A stretch of DNA of 64,000 nt. Source: an uncultured Gemmatimonadales bacterium (GTDB lineage: Bacteria > Gemmatimonadota > Gemmatimonadetes > Gemmatimonadales > Gemmatimonadaceae). Positions 29,061 to 43,825 of the stretch are shown one piece after another; position 1 is the first letter of the stretch, and each line of letters starts with the position of its first letter. The position numbers and the translations under genes are program-made. Location of the stretch: positions 32,001-96,000 of the forward strand of contig CAVPQB010000003.1 of assembly GCA_963707505.1 (NCBI GenBank), given 5' to 3'. The notes below the pieces were generated by a model. It was not told the DNA's origin, made no database searches, and worked only from the letters and a program-made list of their open reading frames with translations.

Positions 29061-30230
29061 AAAACCGGCCCGTCGTAGAAGGTTTTCATCAGGATGCCGT
29101 CAAGGTCCGTCTCCTTGAGGATCTGCTTGATTTTGTGCGATGCACCCGCTTCGCCGTACAACGATGCCTTTGGCGACAGCGTTGAGAGAAATTCTGGCAA
29201 CATTGCGCGTGTGATTGCCGCGGTGATTTCCTCTTGCGTTTCACGCGAATCCAGCACCGACGGCGCCTTCAGCCTTCCGCGCTGCCGATCTCCAATGTTG
29301 ACCGTCGGCGTACCAAGCGCCGGCGCCTCGATCAATCCGCTTGATGAATTGCCGATGACAACCGCCGCTGCCTTAACCGCGCTCAAATATCGAACCTGTC
29401 CGAGCGACGCCACCAGCACAGCTCGGTTATGGTGGCGTCCGACAAAGGTCTCCCACGCGGCATTGATCCGACTCCCGTCCGCATCAGCGTTGGCCTTCGT
29501 CACCAACAGGCGAGCCTGCGGAAACTGATCGAGCGCGCCCATTAGCTGAATCAGTGCGTCGTCCGGGCCATCAGTGGACCGCGTAACAGGATGAAACGTT
29601 ATGACGAATAAAGGACCTGAACCGATGAGCCCAACCTCCGCAGCCAGGGCATCGGCGTCTAGAAGCGTCAACCGCTCTATATTGTCGAGTGCCGGCGCTC
29701 CCACCGTCCACACTCGACGGGGATCCTCACCCATTCGAATCACACGCCTTGCGTACGGCTCCGCGGCGACAAAATGCAGATGTGCCATCTTGGTAATCGC
29801 GTGTCGGATACCCTCGTCCACTGCGCCTTCCGTTACTTCGCCACCATGAATATGGGCTATCGGGATGTTGCAAAGCATGGCACTCTGCACCGCTGCAAGG
29901 ATCTCGAAGCGATCTCCGAGTACTAGCAAGATATCTGGGTTTAGGTATTCATACGTATCTGCAAAACCAATTACCCCCAAGCCGAGCGACTTGCAGACGC
30001 CCACCTCGGTGTTGCTTGCAAGCAACGAATCCACACGCGCGACGATCCTGAACCCGTCCGCCTCGATCGCTCGGTACGTGGACCCGAACTCCGCGGCGAG
30101 ATGTGCGCCGGTTACGACTAGTTGAAGTTCAAGATCAGGATCGTCGTCGATCTCACGAAGCACCCAGTACAACAAGCCATATTCGGCTCGCTGTCCCCGT
30201 CACAACGCAGATACGCCTTCGCGTTGCCAC
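29057..30230 (-). CDS. neuC: Hydrolyzing NDP-N-acetylhexosamine 2-epimerase (NeuC/LegG family), +1 frameshift near 30191
   Basis: Removing one base restores ICVVTGTRAEYGLL from GTG 30230; LGDRFE, HIHGGE, RHAITK, GNSSSG, IGDRQRGR. Confidence 0.92.
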
Positions 30231-31169
30231 TATCCCCCCCTGCGCGCAGGAATGCACTGTACGTCCGTGCTATTCCATCCTGCAACGATACCGTGGGCTG
30301 CCATCCTGTTGCGAGCATCTTCGAGGAGTCGAGCAACTTCTGCGGCGTACCGTCTGGACGAGTCGTGTCCCACTGGACTGATCCCTCGTAGCCGACGACG
30401 TGCGCACAAACCGCAGCCAGCTCGCGGATCGTCAGGTCACTACCAGACCCGACGTTGAACAATCCCGTCACCTGCGATTTCATCATGCCGACTGCAGCGT
30501 CCGCCAGATCATCCACATACAGGAATTCCCGTCGTGCAGCGCCCGAGCCCCACAGATTGATCAAGCGAGGACGTCCGCTGGCGAGCGCCTGCTTCGCCTC
30601 GTGAAACCTTCGGATCATCGCGGGAAGGACGTGCGACGTCTCGAGATCGAAGTTATCCCCCGGTCCGTAAAGGTTCGTTGGCATGAGCGAGACCCAACGC
30701 GCGCCATATTGTCGTTCGGCATTTTCGACGAGTTTCAGTCCCGCGATTTTGGCAATCGCATACGCCTCATTTGTCGCTTCCAGTGGGCCGGTAAGTAAAT
30801 ACTCTTCCTTGATCGGCTGCGGAGCGAGTCTCGGATATATGCATGAACTGCCGAAAAAGATCACCCTCGGCGTGCGCACCGCATGTGCGGCTCCCAGAAC
30901 GCTGTTCTGAATTGCGAGATTGTCGTAGAGGAAATCCCATCCGGCCGCTGCGTTGGCAGCTATTCCTCCAACGCGCGCCGCCGCAAGAAATACAATGTCG
31001 GGGCGCTCCGTCGCAAAGAACGCTGCTACGGCCCCCGAGTCTCGCAGATCGAGCTCCGATCGTTTACGCACGATGGGCTCAATCCCGTCTTTGTGTAGCG
31101 CACGTACGATAGCAGAGCCGACGAGCCCGTTGTGGCCTGCGACGAAGACACGCGGCTGATCCTTCGTCG

Positions 31170-31173
<4 letters not shown>
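30230..31173 (-). CDS. fcl: GDP-L-fucose synthase; true stop probably near 30230 (homopolymer error), ORF track extends to 30118
   Basis: AGHNGLVGSA, AARVGGI, GSSCIYP, YAIAK, PTNLYG, HVLPA, RREFLYVDD, PDGTP. Confidence 0.93.
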
Positions 31174-32260
<1,087 letters not shown>

Positions 32261-32264
<4 letters not shown>

Positions 32265-33293
32265 GCGGTAGCCGCGGCAGCCGGCGTCTCGGTGTACACC
32301 CGGTACCACTCCACGAATCTTGCAACGCCTTCCTCAATCGCAGTGCCTGGATGGAATCCGACGTCGCGTGCCAGATCGTCGACATCCGCATACGTCGCAG
32401 GCACGTCACCCGGCTGCATGTCCCGGAAGTCCTTGATGGCAGGTCGACCCAACTCTTCCTCCAGTACCTCAATCAGGCGAAGTAGCTGCACCGGATTGTT
32501 GTTGCCAATGTTGTATATCTGATAGGGCGCTTTGCTTGTCGCGGGATCCGGAGATGCGCCACTCCACATTGGATTTGGTCGCGCGGGCCGATCGAGCACA
32601 CGCACGATTCCTTCGACGATGTCATCGACGTACGTGAAATCGCGCTGCATCTTCCCGTGGTTGAAGACCTGGATCGGCTTGCCTTCAAGAATTGCGCGTG
32701 CGAATAAGAACAGGGCCATGTCCGGACGGCCCCAAGGTCCATATACCGTGAAGAACCGAAGTCCGGTCGTTGGAACGGCAAATAAGTGAGCGTACGTGTG
32801 CGCCATCAGCTCATTCGCCTTCTTCGTGGCCGCATACATGCTGATCGGATGATCGACGTTGTGGTGCACGGAGAACGGCAACTGTGTATTGGCGCCGTAG
32901 ACCGACGACGATGACGCGAACACGAGATGCCGTATGCCCACGTTCCGACATCCTTCCAGAACGTTGAGAAATCCGTCGACGTTGCTCCGTACATAGGACC
33001 GCGGGTTGGTCAATGAATATCGTACTCCCGCCTGCGCTGCCAGATTGACCACGCGATCAAAGGCGCGCAGTTCGAAAGAGGCCATCCATTGCGTCGGCGT
33101 CCTCAAGGTCGAGCTTCTTGAATTGGAAGCCGTCAAGTGCCATGAGACGTTGCAGCCGCGCATTCTTCAATCGCACGTCGTAGTACGCATTGAGATTGTC
33201 AACGCCGATCACCTCTTCCCCGCGCGCGATCAAGCGCTGAGTGAGGTGGTAACCAATAAATCCAGCGGCTCCAGTTACGAGAACGCGTGTCAT
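32261..33293 (-). CDS. UDP-glucuronate 4-epimerase-type NAD-dependent epimerase, frameshift near 33070
   Basis: [58 protein letters not shown]. Confidence 0.9.
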
Positions 33294-33412
33294 GCTTTTT
33301 TATGACGAGTGAGATGATGTTCGCGCGCCCCGGACGAATGTCGCGTGACGCCATGTTGATGCCACGTGCACTCGGCATCGGTCGTCCATGTGATGTTTGC
33401 GGCGGGCAGCAT

Positions 33413-34483
33413 TTAATGGTCTAGCGGCAGCGACACTCGCCGTCCATCACGCGCGGACAGGTAGATTCCCGTCAGCAGTTCCAGCGACTTGAGCCCTTCA
33501 CGTCCATCTGTGTCAGGCTCGGCCCGGCCGCGCAATACGTCCAGCACGTTCTCATAGTACAGGGGGTGGCCGTGGCCGTATACGGATGTCGTCTCGTAGC
33601 TCGCACCGGTCACCAAGTCGTCATCCGGATCGCGATCGGCAAACTGCCATTGCTGGATCTCGTTCACGGCAACACCGCCAACGCGAACGGTGCCACGCTC
33701 GCCGATGATCGTGATCGAGCCCTCCGAGATTCCGCGGGTACGTGAGCATGGTGACGCTCATCGAACCCAGTGCACCCGAGCGCCACTTGATGCTGACGAC
33801 GCCCGTATCCTCTACTTCGATATCCCGTGCGAGCGTTGCTGTGAATGCCTGCACGCTTTCAACCGGCCCAATAAGCCAGTCGAGAAGGTCGACATAGTGA
33901 CTCGCCTGGTTCATGAACGCACCGCCGTCGAACTCCCAGGTACCGCGCCAAGCGGCGCTGTCGTAATAAGACTGCGGCCGGTTCCAGAACACATTCAACG
34001 CAACCATGTATATCCGCCCGAACCGGCGACGGTCGCACGCTCTTTTCAGAAGCTGCAGTGTGGAATTGCGCCGATTCTGTTTCACGACAAAAAGACGCAC
34101 GCCAGCGGCGTCGCACGCCTTCACCATGCCGAGCGCGTCCGTCCATCGCGTCGCCATCGGCTTCTCGGTTACGACGTGCACTCCCTTGCCTGCTGCAATG
34201 GTTGCTTGCTGCGCATGGAGCCCGCTCGGCGTGCATAGCACCGCGACATCTGCGCCCGCCCGATCAAGCATTTCGTCGATGCGGTGAAAGCCCGCTGCGT
34301 TAGTGGATAGCACGGCGCGCTGGAGCGCATCTTCATGACATCGCACACACCCACGATTTCTGCGTCGCCCGCATGCGACCGAAGAGCTTCGAAATGCCGC
34401 TCCGCTATCCGCCCGCATCCAACGACCGCGAATTTGATCTTCCGGTCGGAACTGGGATTCAAAAATGGAATGGTGATGGGCAC
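33413..34483 (-). CDS. Gfo/Idh/MocA oxidoreductase, WbpB/WlbA-type (UDP-GlcNAcA 3-dehydrogenase), frameshifts near 34335 and 33725
   Basis: VVGCGRIA, TPSGLH, EKPMATRW, VKQNRRN, WRGTWEFDGGAFMNQASHYVD, SVYGHGH across three frames. Confidence 0.85.
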
Positions 34484-34930
34484 TCTCGAATGAACGTAGA
34501 AAAAAAGGCGCGCCGGCAGGGACGTCGCGGCGGTGCTCTGCAATTCGTCGATAACGCCGCCTCACCACCGGAGTACATTTGTGTGAAGCCTGTAAACATC
34601 GCCGATCACACCGTTCCAAGTCAACCAATCACGGGTATTGCCCTAGTCGGTGGCTTCGCTGGATCCGACTCCCAATGCACGCAGGGAGCGAGTGGGCGTG
34701 GCCGTTCGTTCCCGCGCACTCGCGATCTCCGAATCGGCGGAGAATCGGCTGCTCGAGCACCCTCTTGCAAGGTCGCTACTCGTGAGTGTGACGTACCGCA
34801 CCGGTGGAAGGTCATTGTGGGGGTAACCCTGGCGACCGGGTCGCTCGAATTTTGTCTACCTGATAGCTTTCGCCCAGACCGCGAAGCTGAACGCCAGTAG
34901 CGGGGCCGCTCGTCGAACACGAACCCAATC

Positions 34931-36862
34931 GTGATGCGCCACTACCCACTTGTCCGCAATCGTTACCTGATCAGCATAGACGCTATCGGGCTAGCCATGG
35001 CTTCGACTTTGGCGTACACGCTCTGCATCAGTTCCCTCGGTAACTTCTCCGACGGCTACCGGACCATCCTGATCTTCGCGCTCATCGCGATCCCCATAAA
35101 ACTGATAGTCTTTGCCGGAACCGGCCTCTATCGCCGTATCTGGAGCTACGCCAGCGTCGCCGAGCTCGAGCGTATCGTGGGCGGCCTCGTCATCGCCACC
35201 CTGTGTGCTGCAGCCGTCGGGGAGATCGTCGTTCCATTCCTCAAATTCACCTCGCACAGCGTCCCGCTCCCGATCCTGGCGATCGATAGTCTCCTCACCG
35301 GCGCCTTCATCATCACGCCGCGCCTCTTCTTCCGCATTCGTACCTGGCACGGCCAGCAGCGTCGTCGCAACGACGACGTTCGCGCCATCATCGTCGGTGC
35401 CGGCGCCGCCGGCCAGATGATCGCCAAGGAACTGCTGACGAACCCCAAGATGGGTCTCTACCCCGTCGCCTTCGTCGACGACGACGATCGCAAGGCCAAC
35501 CATCGCCTCAATGACATTCCAGTCCTTGGTACGATAGCGGACATAGGACGCGTCGCCCATGAGCGCGACGCCGGTGCCCTCGTCATCGCAATCCCGTCAG
35601 CCCCCGGCTCCCTGACGCGCCGAGTAGTCCAGGCCGCCGCAGACGCTGGCCTCAAAACACGCACTCTCCCACCACTTTCGGACGTTCTGTCCGGTCGCGC
35701 ATCGCCGTCGTCTCTCCGTGACGTCCAGATCGAGGACCTGCTCCGCCGCGAGCCGGTCCAGACCGACCTCGCGGCCGTCCGCAACCTCGGAAAGGGCCGC
35801 ACGGTTCTCGTAACGGGCGCCGGCGGCTCCATCGGCAGCGAACTCTGCCGCCAGCTTGCCCAGCTCGAGCCCGCCATGCTCGTCATACTCGGCCACGGCG
35901 AGAATTCGATCTTCGACATCCAGGCGGAGCTCCGCACATCCCATCCGGGCGTCCCCGTCGTGCCCGTGATCGCAGACATCCGCGACGCCCAGCGCATGCA
36001 TGCGATCTTCGACGACTGTCGTCCATACGCTGTCTTCCACGCCGCCGCACACAAGCATGTGCCGCTCATGGAAGAGAACGTCGTCGAGGCGATCACGAAC
36101 AACATCCACGGCACCACGAATGTCGTGAACGCCGCGATCGACGCCGGCGTCGAGCACTTCGTCCTCATCTCGACCGACAAGGCGGTTCGCCCGACAAGTG
36201 TCATGGGCGCAACGAAACGCCTCGCCGAGCGTGTGGTGCAGCACGCAGCTGTGGCGCACGGGCGCAATTTCGTATCCGTACGCTTCGGAAACGTGCTGGG
36301 AAGCCGAGGCAGCGTCGTGCCGACGTTCTTCCGCCAGATACGCGCTGGCGGGCCCGTAACGGTCACTCATCCCGAGATGCGCCGCTACTTCATGACGATT
36401 CCGGAGTCGGTACAGCTGGTCCTCCAGGCCGGCACGCTAGGACTTGGCGGCGAGGTCTTCGTGCTCGACATGGGCGAGCCTGTCCGGATCGTCGATCTGG
36501 CTACCGATCTCATCCGACTCTGCGGCTTCGAGCCAGGCAAGGACATCGACGTTCAGTTCACTGGCATCCGGCCGGGCGAGAAGCTCTATGAGGAGATGTT
36601 CTTCCACGAGGAGCACGCAGTTCCAACGAACCATCCCAAGCTGCTACGCGCCAAGAAGGCCGGTATTCCCGAAGGCCTGATGCGTCGCATCGATCGGCTG
36701 GTCGCCGCAACCGACACGTCCGAGGAAGAGGAGCTGCGAGAGATGCTGGTAGCGCTGGTACCCGACTTCCAGCGCGAGGCCACCGGCAGCGACTACACGG
36801 CGCGCGACGTCATCCAGTTGCGCCGGACGGGCGACTTCCGCGCAAACAACGCATCGTCATAA
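34931..36862 (+). CDS. Membrane-anchored UDP-GlcNAc 4,6-dehydratase (CapD/PglF/WbpM family)
   Basis: Four N-terminal TMs, GAGAAG, IEDLLRR, TGAGGSIGSE, HAAAHKHVP, ISTDKAV, RFGNVLGSRGSV, GIRPGEKLYEE. Confidence 0.93.
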   Translation: MMRHYPLVRNRYLISIDAIGLAMASTLAYTLCISSLGNFSDGYRTILIFALIAIPIKLIVFAGTGLYRRIWSYASVAELERIVGGLVIATLCAAAVGEIVVPFLKFTSHSVPLPILAIDSLLTGAFIITPRLFFRIRTWHGQQRRRNDDVRAIIVGAGAAGQMIAKELLTNPKMGLYPVAFVDDDDRKANHRLNDIPVLGTIADIGRVAHERDAGALVIAIPSAPGSLTRRVVQAAADAGLKTRTLPPLSDVLSGRASPSSLRDVQIEDLLRREPVQTDLAAVRNLGKGRTVLVTGAGGSIGSELCRQLAQLEPAMLVILGHGENSIFDIQAELRTSHPGVPVVPVIADIRDAQRMHAIFDDCRPYAVFHAAAHKHVPLMEENVVEAITNNIHGTTNVVNAAIDAGVEHFVLISTDKAVRPTSVMGATKRLAERVVQHAAVAHGRNFVSVRFGNVLGSRGSVVPTFFRQIRAGGPVTVTHPEMRRYFMTIPESVQLVLQAGTLGLGGEVFVLDMGEPVRIVDLATDLIRLCGFEPGKDIDVQFTGIRPGEKLYEEMFFHEEHAVPTNHPKLLRAKKAGIPEGLMRRIDRLVAATDTSEEEELREMLVALVPDFQREATGSDYTARDVIQLRRTGDFRANNASS

Positions 36863-36910
36863 CGGCACGCGTCCGATGTTGTAAGGGTGGGCGCCCGTGC
36901 CTGCCCCTTA

Positions 36911-38194
<1,284 letters not shown>

Positions 38195-38504
38195 CACAAC
38201 GGCTGCGAATGCAAGCTCTGATCCACGCGACCGCACGGCGATGCATCGGTTTGGGACGGGCTGTAGCACGATGGCCGCGGTACGGCGATCCCAGCGGTGT
38301 CCCGACTGTACGCCTCTAACCCATCGACTAATCGCATGGCGCGCTTGCGGCGACCACGTGCCCTCCATTGTTTAGTTTCCGCCGCGCACTCCCGACTCAC
38401 TGCATTTACGTCCGAGCTGATTCATCACGTTCGTGAATGAGCGAGGCCGGCGGCAGAAAATCCCAGTGGGAGTGATACAGTCTTCGAACCCCAAGGAGGC
38501 ACCA

Positions 38505-39176
38505 ATGGGCGGCACGGAGAGGGTAACACCAAGGCGCGAGTTCATGCGTAACGTGGGTGTCGGCGCAGCGGCGATTGCAGTATCTGCGGTCGGACTACGA
38601 GTCGATGCCGAGCCGATCCTGGCCGGTGGTCCGGAAGACGAGGCGTGGCTGAAGCGACTCACAGGCAAACACAGACAGGTGTTCGACGCCGTCACCCCGA
38701 ATGAAGGATGGGCTCTCGTCTTCGCGACCAACTTCATCGACATGAACATGCAGGCGTACGGACTCAGGCAGTCGGACGTAACAGCAGTGGTGGGACTGCG
38801 TCACATGGCGGCGCCGCTCGCACTGAACGATGCGATGTGGTCCAAGTACAAGCTCGGTGAGATGTTCAAGATCGACGACAGGAGCACGCACGCACCTGCC
38901 ACGCGTAACGTATTCTCGCACCTGCAAACCGGCGACATGCCGATGGCCAGAGCAGGTGTCGAGGAGCTTCTCGCGCGAGGCGCCGTCGTCACGGTATGCA
39001 ATGTGGCGCTCACCGTGATTAGCGGCATGGCCGCGACTGCCGCTGGATTGCCGCCGGAGAACGCAAAGGCTGAGTGGACCGCGAATCTCATTCCTGGCGT
39101 GGTGGTAGTCCCCGCTGGTGTGCTCGCGGTCAATCGCGCGCAGGAGAACCACTGCACGTACTGCTACGCGGGATGA
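38505..39176 (+). CDS. Tat-exported protein with DsrE/DsrF-like domain
   Basis: AAGGAGG SD before ATG 38505; TPRREFM twin-arginine signal; VFDA, VVGLRH, TVCNVAL, VVPAGV..AQE pattern recalls DsrE-like proteins (inference). Confidence 0.65.
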   Translation: MGGTERVTPRREFMRNVGVGAAAIAVSAVGLRVDAEPILAGGPEDEAWLKRLTGKHRQVFDAVTPNEGWALVFATNFIDMNMQAYGLRQSDVTAVVGLRHMAAPLALNDAMWSKYKLGEMFKIDDRSTHAPATRNVFSHLQTGDMPMARAGVEELLARGAVVTVCNVALTVISGMAATAAGLPPENAKAEWTANLIPGVVVVPAGVLAVNRAQENHCTYCYAG

Positions 39177-39184
39177 GTTCGCAT

Positions 39185-39235
39185 AGACTGCGATGGCGTG
39201 ATTCCGTTCTCCACGGAATCACGCCATCGCAGTCT
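39185..39235. terminator. Perfect 23-bp inverted repeat between convergent transcripts, probable bidirectional terminator or stabilising hairpin
   Basis: agactgcgatggcgtgattccgt-tctcc-acggaatcacgccatcgcagtct; no U-tract on either side. Confidence 0.55.
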
Positions 39236-39294
39236 CGTGTCATCGCGCACATCCATCGTAAATCCGTGCGTCGCGGACGGGATGGAGGGAATCA

Positions 39295-39381
39295 CGGACA
39301 GAGAGGGATTCGAACCCTCGATACGCTTTCACGTATACACGCTTTCCAGGCGTGCGCCTTCAACCGCTCGGCCACCTGTCC
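39295..39381 (-). tRNA. tRNA-Ser(GGA)
   Basis: GGACAGG acceptor stem, CACGC-CT-GGA-AA-GCGTG anticodon arm, long variable arm, GGTTCGAATCC T-arm, discriminator G; CCA not encoded. Confidence 0.97.
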
Positions 39382-39411
39382 AACAGTAATTCGCTACTAA
39401 TAAAGCACTGA

Positions 39412-39452
39412 CAAAAAACGAAGCCGCCGTCCCGGTGCGTGACGGCGGCTCG
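39412..39452 (-). terminator. Intrinsic terminator after tRNA-Ser(CGA)
   Basis: Minus strand AGCCGCCGTC-9nt-GACGGCGGCT followed by TCGTTTTTT. Confidence 0.8.
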
Positions 39453-39458
39453 AAAAAA

Positions 39459-39545
39459 CGGACAGGGAGAGATTCGAACTCTCGATACCCTTGCAGGTAT
39501 GCCGGTTTTCGAGACCGGTGCATTCAACCGCTCTGCCACCTGTCC
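39459..39545 (-). tRNA. tRNA-Ser(CGA)
   Basis: GGACAGG acceptor stem, CCGGT-CT-CGA-AA-ACCGG anticodon arm, long variable arm, GTTCGAATC T-loop; CCA not encoded. Confidence 0.97.
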
Positions 39546-39582
39546 AGATCGGGGTGGTGAGCCGCCGATTCCACAGCCTAGC

Positions 39583-39611
39583 AACATAGCCAGCCGGCAC
39601 AGGCCAGTCAA
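39583..39611 (-). promoter_or_regulatory. Candidate sigma-70 promoter of tRNA-Ser(CGA)
   Basis: TTGACT-17nt-TATGTT, ending 37 nt upstream of the tRNA. Confidence 0.65.
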
Positions 39612-39839
39612 CGAAGCCACTCAGCCATTTATCCACATGAAACGATGACGCGTTTCCGTGGACCCCGCGCAACAGGTTGTTGTGACCGTCCCGCACAGTA
39701 CACCGGGAACATCTGGCGGACAGGTCGACCGTGCTGGCCCGCGGACGCAGCGCGAACGTCGGCACGCTCAGCGTAACTCTTTGACACCAAACGTCTTGAG
39801 GCTCTTTCCAGGCAACACCGCGTAAAGCCGCCCCGCCAT

Positions 39840-39855
39840 CGGTATGACAGTTGCC
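39840..39855 (+). promoter_or_regulatory. Candidate sigma-54 promoter of the PEP-CTERM gene
   Basis: CGGTAT-GACAG-TTGC with GG-N10-GC spacing, about 70 nt before the ATG. Confidence 0.5.
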
Positions 39856-39922
39856 AACTGTCGGCACGCTTCACCGAGCCCCGCACCTCCTTCGACGCTT
39901 CTTACCAATCCGGAGAACGTTA

Positions 39923-40558
39923 ATGCGTACGTCCCGTATCATCCGCACCACCTCCCTCGCGTTCGGCTGCTTTCTCGCCGCTTCCCCCCTCGTCGCGCAG
40001 TCGAACACCGGTGCCGGCATCTCGCCCGGTGCTTCGGATCCCAACTGGAGCGTCAGCTGGGCTGGCGCAACGGCCGGCCTCTCCACCGGCAGCGGCCAGG
40101 CCGTGGAAGTCGTCTCGCCTCCAGGTGCCTGGGCAAACACGTCGCCGACATCATTCTGGATCAGCACCAACTCGTCCGCCAGCCTTGCCGGCGGCACGGG
40201 CGACAACGTGCAGCGCTACAGTTATATCTGGACCGGCGACTTCACCAGCGGTTCGACTTCACCGCTGCAGATGACGGTGTGGACCGACAACTTCTTCCAC
40301 AGCTTCACGTTCAACGGCGTCACCACGACCGTGACTCCCGATCCGGCGCCCGGTGACTTCAGTCAGCCGACGCCGCGCGTCTTCACTCTCGATCCAACTG
40401 CCGGCGCCAACACGCTCTCGCTGAACACCAGCGGCGATGGACAGACTGACGCCATCAACGTGAGCTTCACTTCGACCCCCGAGCCAAGCTCGATGGCTCT
40501 CCTCGGCACCGGCCTCATCGGTCTGGTTCCAATGATCCGCCGCAAGCGTAAGATCTGA
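39923..40558 (+). CDS. PEP-CTERM protein-sorting domain protein
   Basis: GGAG SD, signal peptide, Ser/Thr/Gly-rich body, C-terminal TPEPSSMALLGTGLIGLVPMIRRKRKI. Confidence 0.95.
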   Translation: MRTSRIIRTTSLAFGCFLAASPLVAQSNTGAGISPGASDPNWSVSWAGATAGLSTGSGQAVEVVSPPGAWANTSPTSFWISTNSSASLAGGTGDNVQRYSYIWTGDFTSGSTSPLQMTVWTDNFFHSFTFNGVTTTVTPDPAPGDFSQPTPRVFTLDPTAGANTLSLNTSGDGQTDAINVSFTSTPEPSSMALLGTGLIGLVPMIRRKRKI

Positions 40559-40581
40559 ATCTCCGTCGCTTAGGTTGATCA

Positions 40582-40629
40582 GAAAGCAAGAAAGGGAGCC
40601 GCTCATCCGCGGCTCCCTTTCTTGCTTTC
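40582..40629. terminator. Bidirectional intrinsic terminator between the PEP-CTERM gene and tadA
   Basis: Perfect 21-bp inverted repeat gaaagcaagaaagggagccgc-tcatcc-gcggctccctttcttgctttc, with T-rich distal arm on both strands. Confidence 0.85.
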
Positions 40630-40652
40630 GTCACAGACCTCTCCCCCCAACT

Positions 40653-41106
40653 TCAATCGCCGCGGCGCATCTCGAAGAATTCGGTGAGTACCGCGCCGCA
40701 CTCGTTCTCGAGCGCGCCAGCAAGCACTTCGGGCCGATGATTCAGCTTCGGATGCCTCAATAGATCGCCTACAGATCCAGCCATCCCAGCCTTGACGTCC
40801 CACGCGCCAAACACGACTCGATCGACGCGCGCCAACACCATGGCACCGGCACACATCGCACACGGCTCAAGCGTCACGTAGAGCGTACAGCCTTCGAGTC
40901 GCCAGCTCCCCAACGCATGCGACGCATCGCGGATCGCAATCATCTCCGCGTGCGCCGTTGGGTCGTTGTCGCGCAGCGTTCGGTTCGCACCACGCCCGAC
41001 TATCTGGTCGCCACGCACGACTACCGCGCCGACCGGAACTTCTCCGGCCGCCGCGGCCGCGCGCGCCAGTTCCAGTGCCTGACGCAGATACTCGACGTCC
41101 TGACTG

Positions 41107-41120
<14 letters not shown>
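40653..41120 (-). CDS. tadA: tRNA adenosine(34) deaminase; start uncertain, possibly CTG at 41120
   Basis: GEVPVGAV (upstream of the track start), [23 protein letters not shown] motifs. Confidence 0.93.
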
Positions 41121-43709
<2,589 letters not shown>

Positions 43710-43721
43710 GCCCGAATAATG

Positions 43722-43737
43722 TGCAATCGCGGTGCCT
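43722..43737 (-). promoter_or_regulatory. Candidate sigma-54 promoter of clpB
   Basis: AGGCAC-CGCGA-TTGCA, close to the TGGCAC-N5-TTGCW consensus, immediately upstream of the ATG. Confidence 0.65.
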
Positions 43738-43825
43738 TGGATGTCTGCCGAAACGGCAGGCAGTGCCGCAGGGCGCGGATATATATCCGCGCGCGGCCTT
43801 TTTTACGGGCGATCGAGCTCGATTG

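Noticed and set aside
30118..30240. Extended Fcl C-terminus overlapping neuC
   Set aside because: One more G in the G7 run gives a stop at 30230-30232 overlapping the neuC GTG; likely a homopolymer error.
34830..34845. TGGCGA-N5-TCGCT as a sigma-54 promoter for the capD-like gene
   Set aside because: Spacing fits but both half-sites deviate from consensus; expected by chance in GC-rich DNA.
39295..39545. tRNA-anchored genomic island or prophage
   Set aside because: No integrase, phage genes or exact duplicate of a tRNA 3' end seen in the window.
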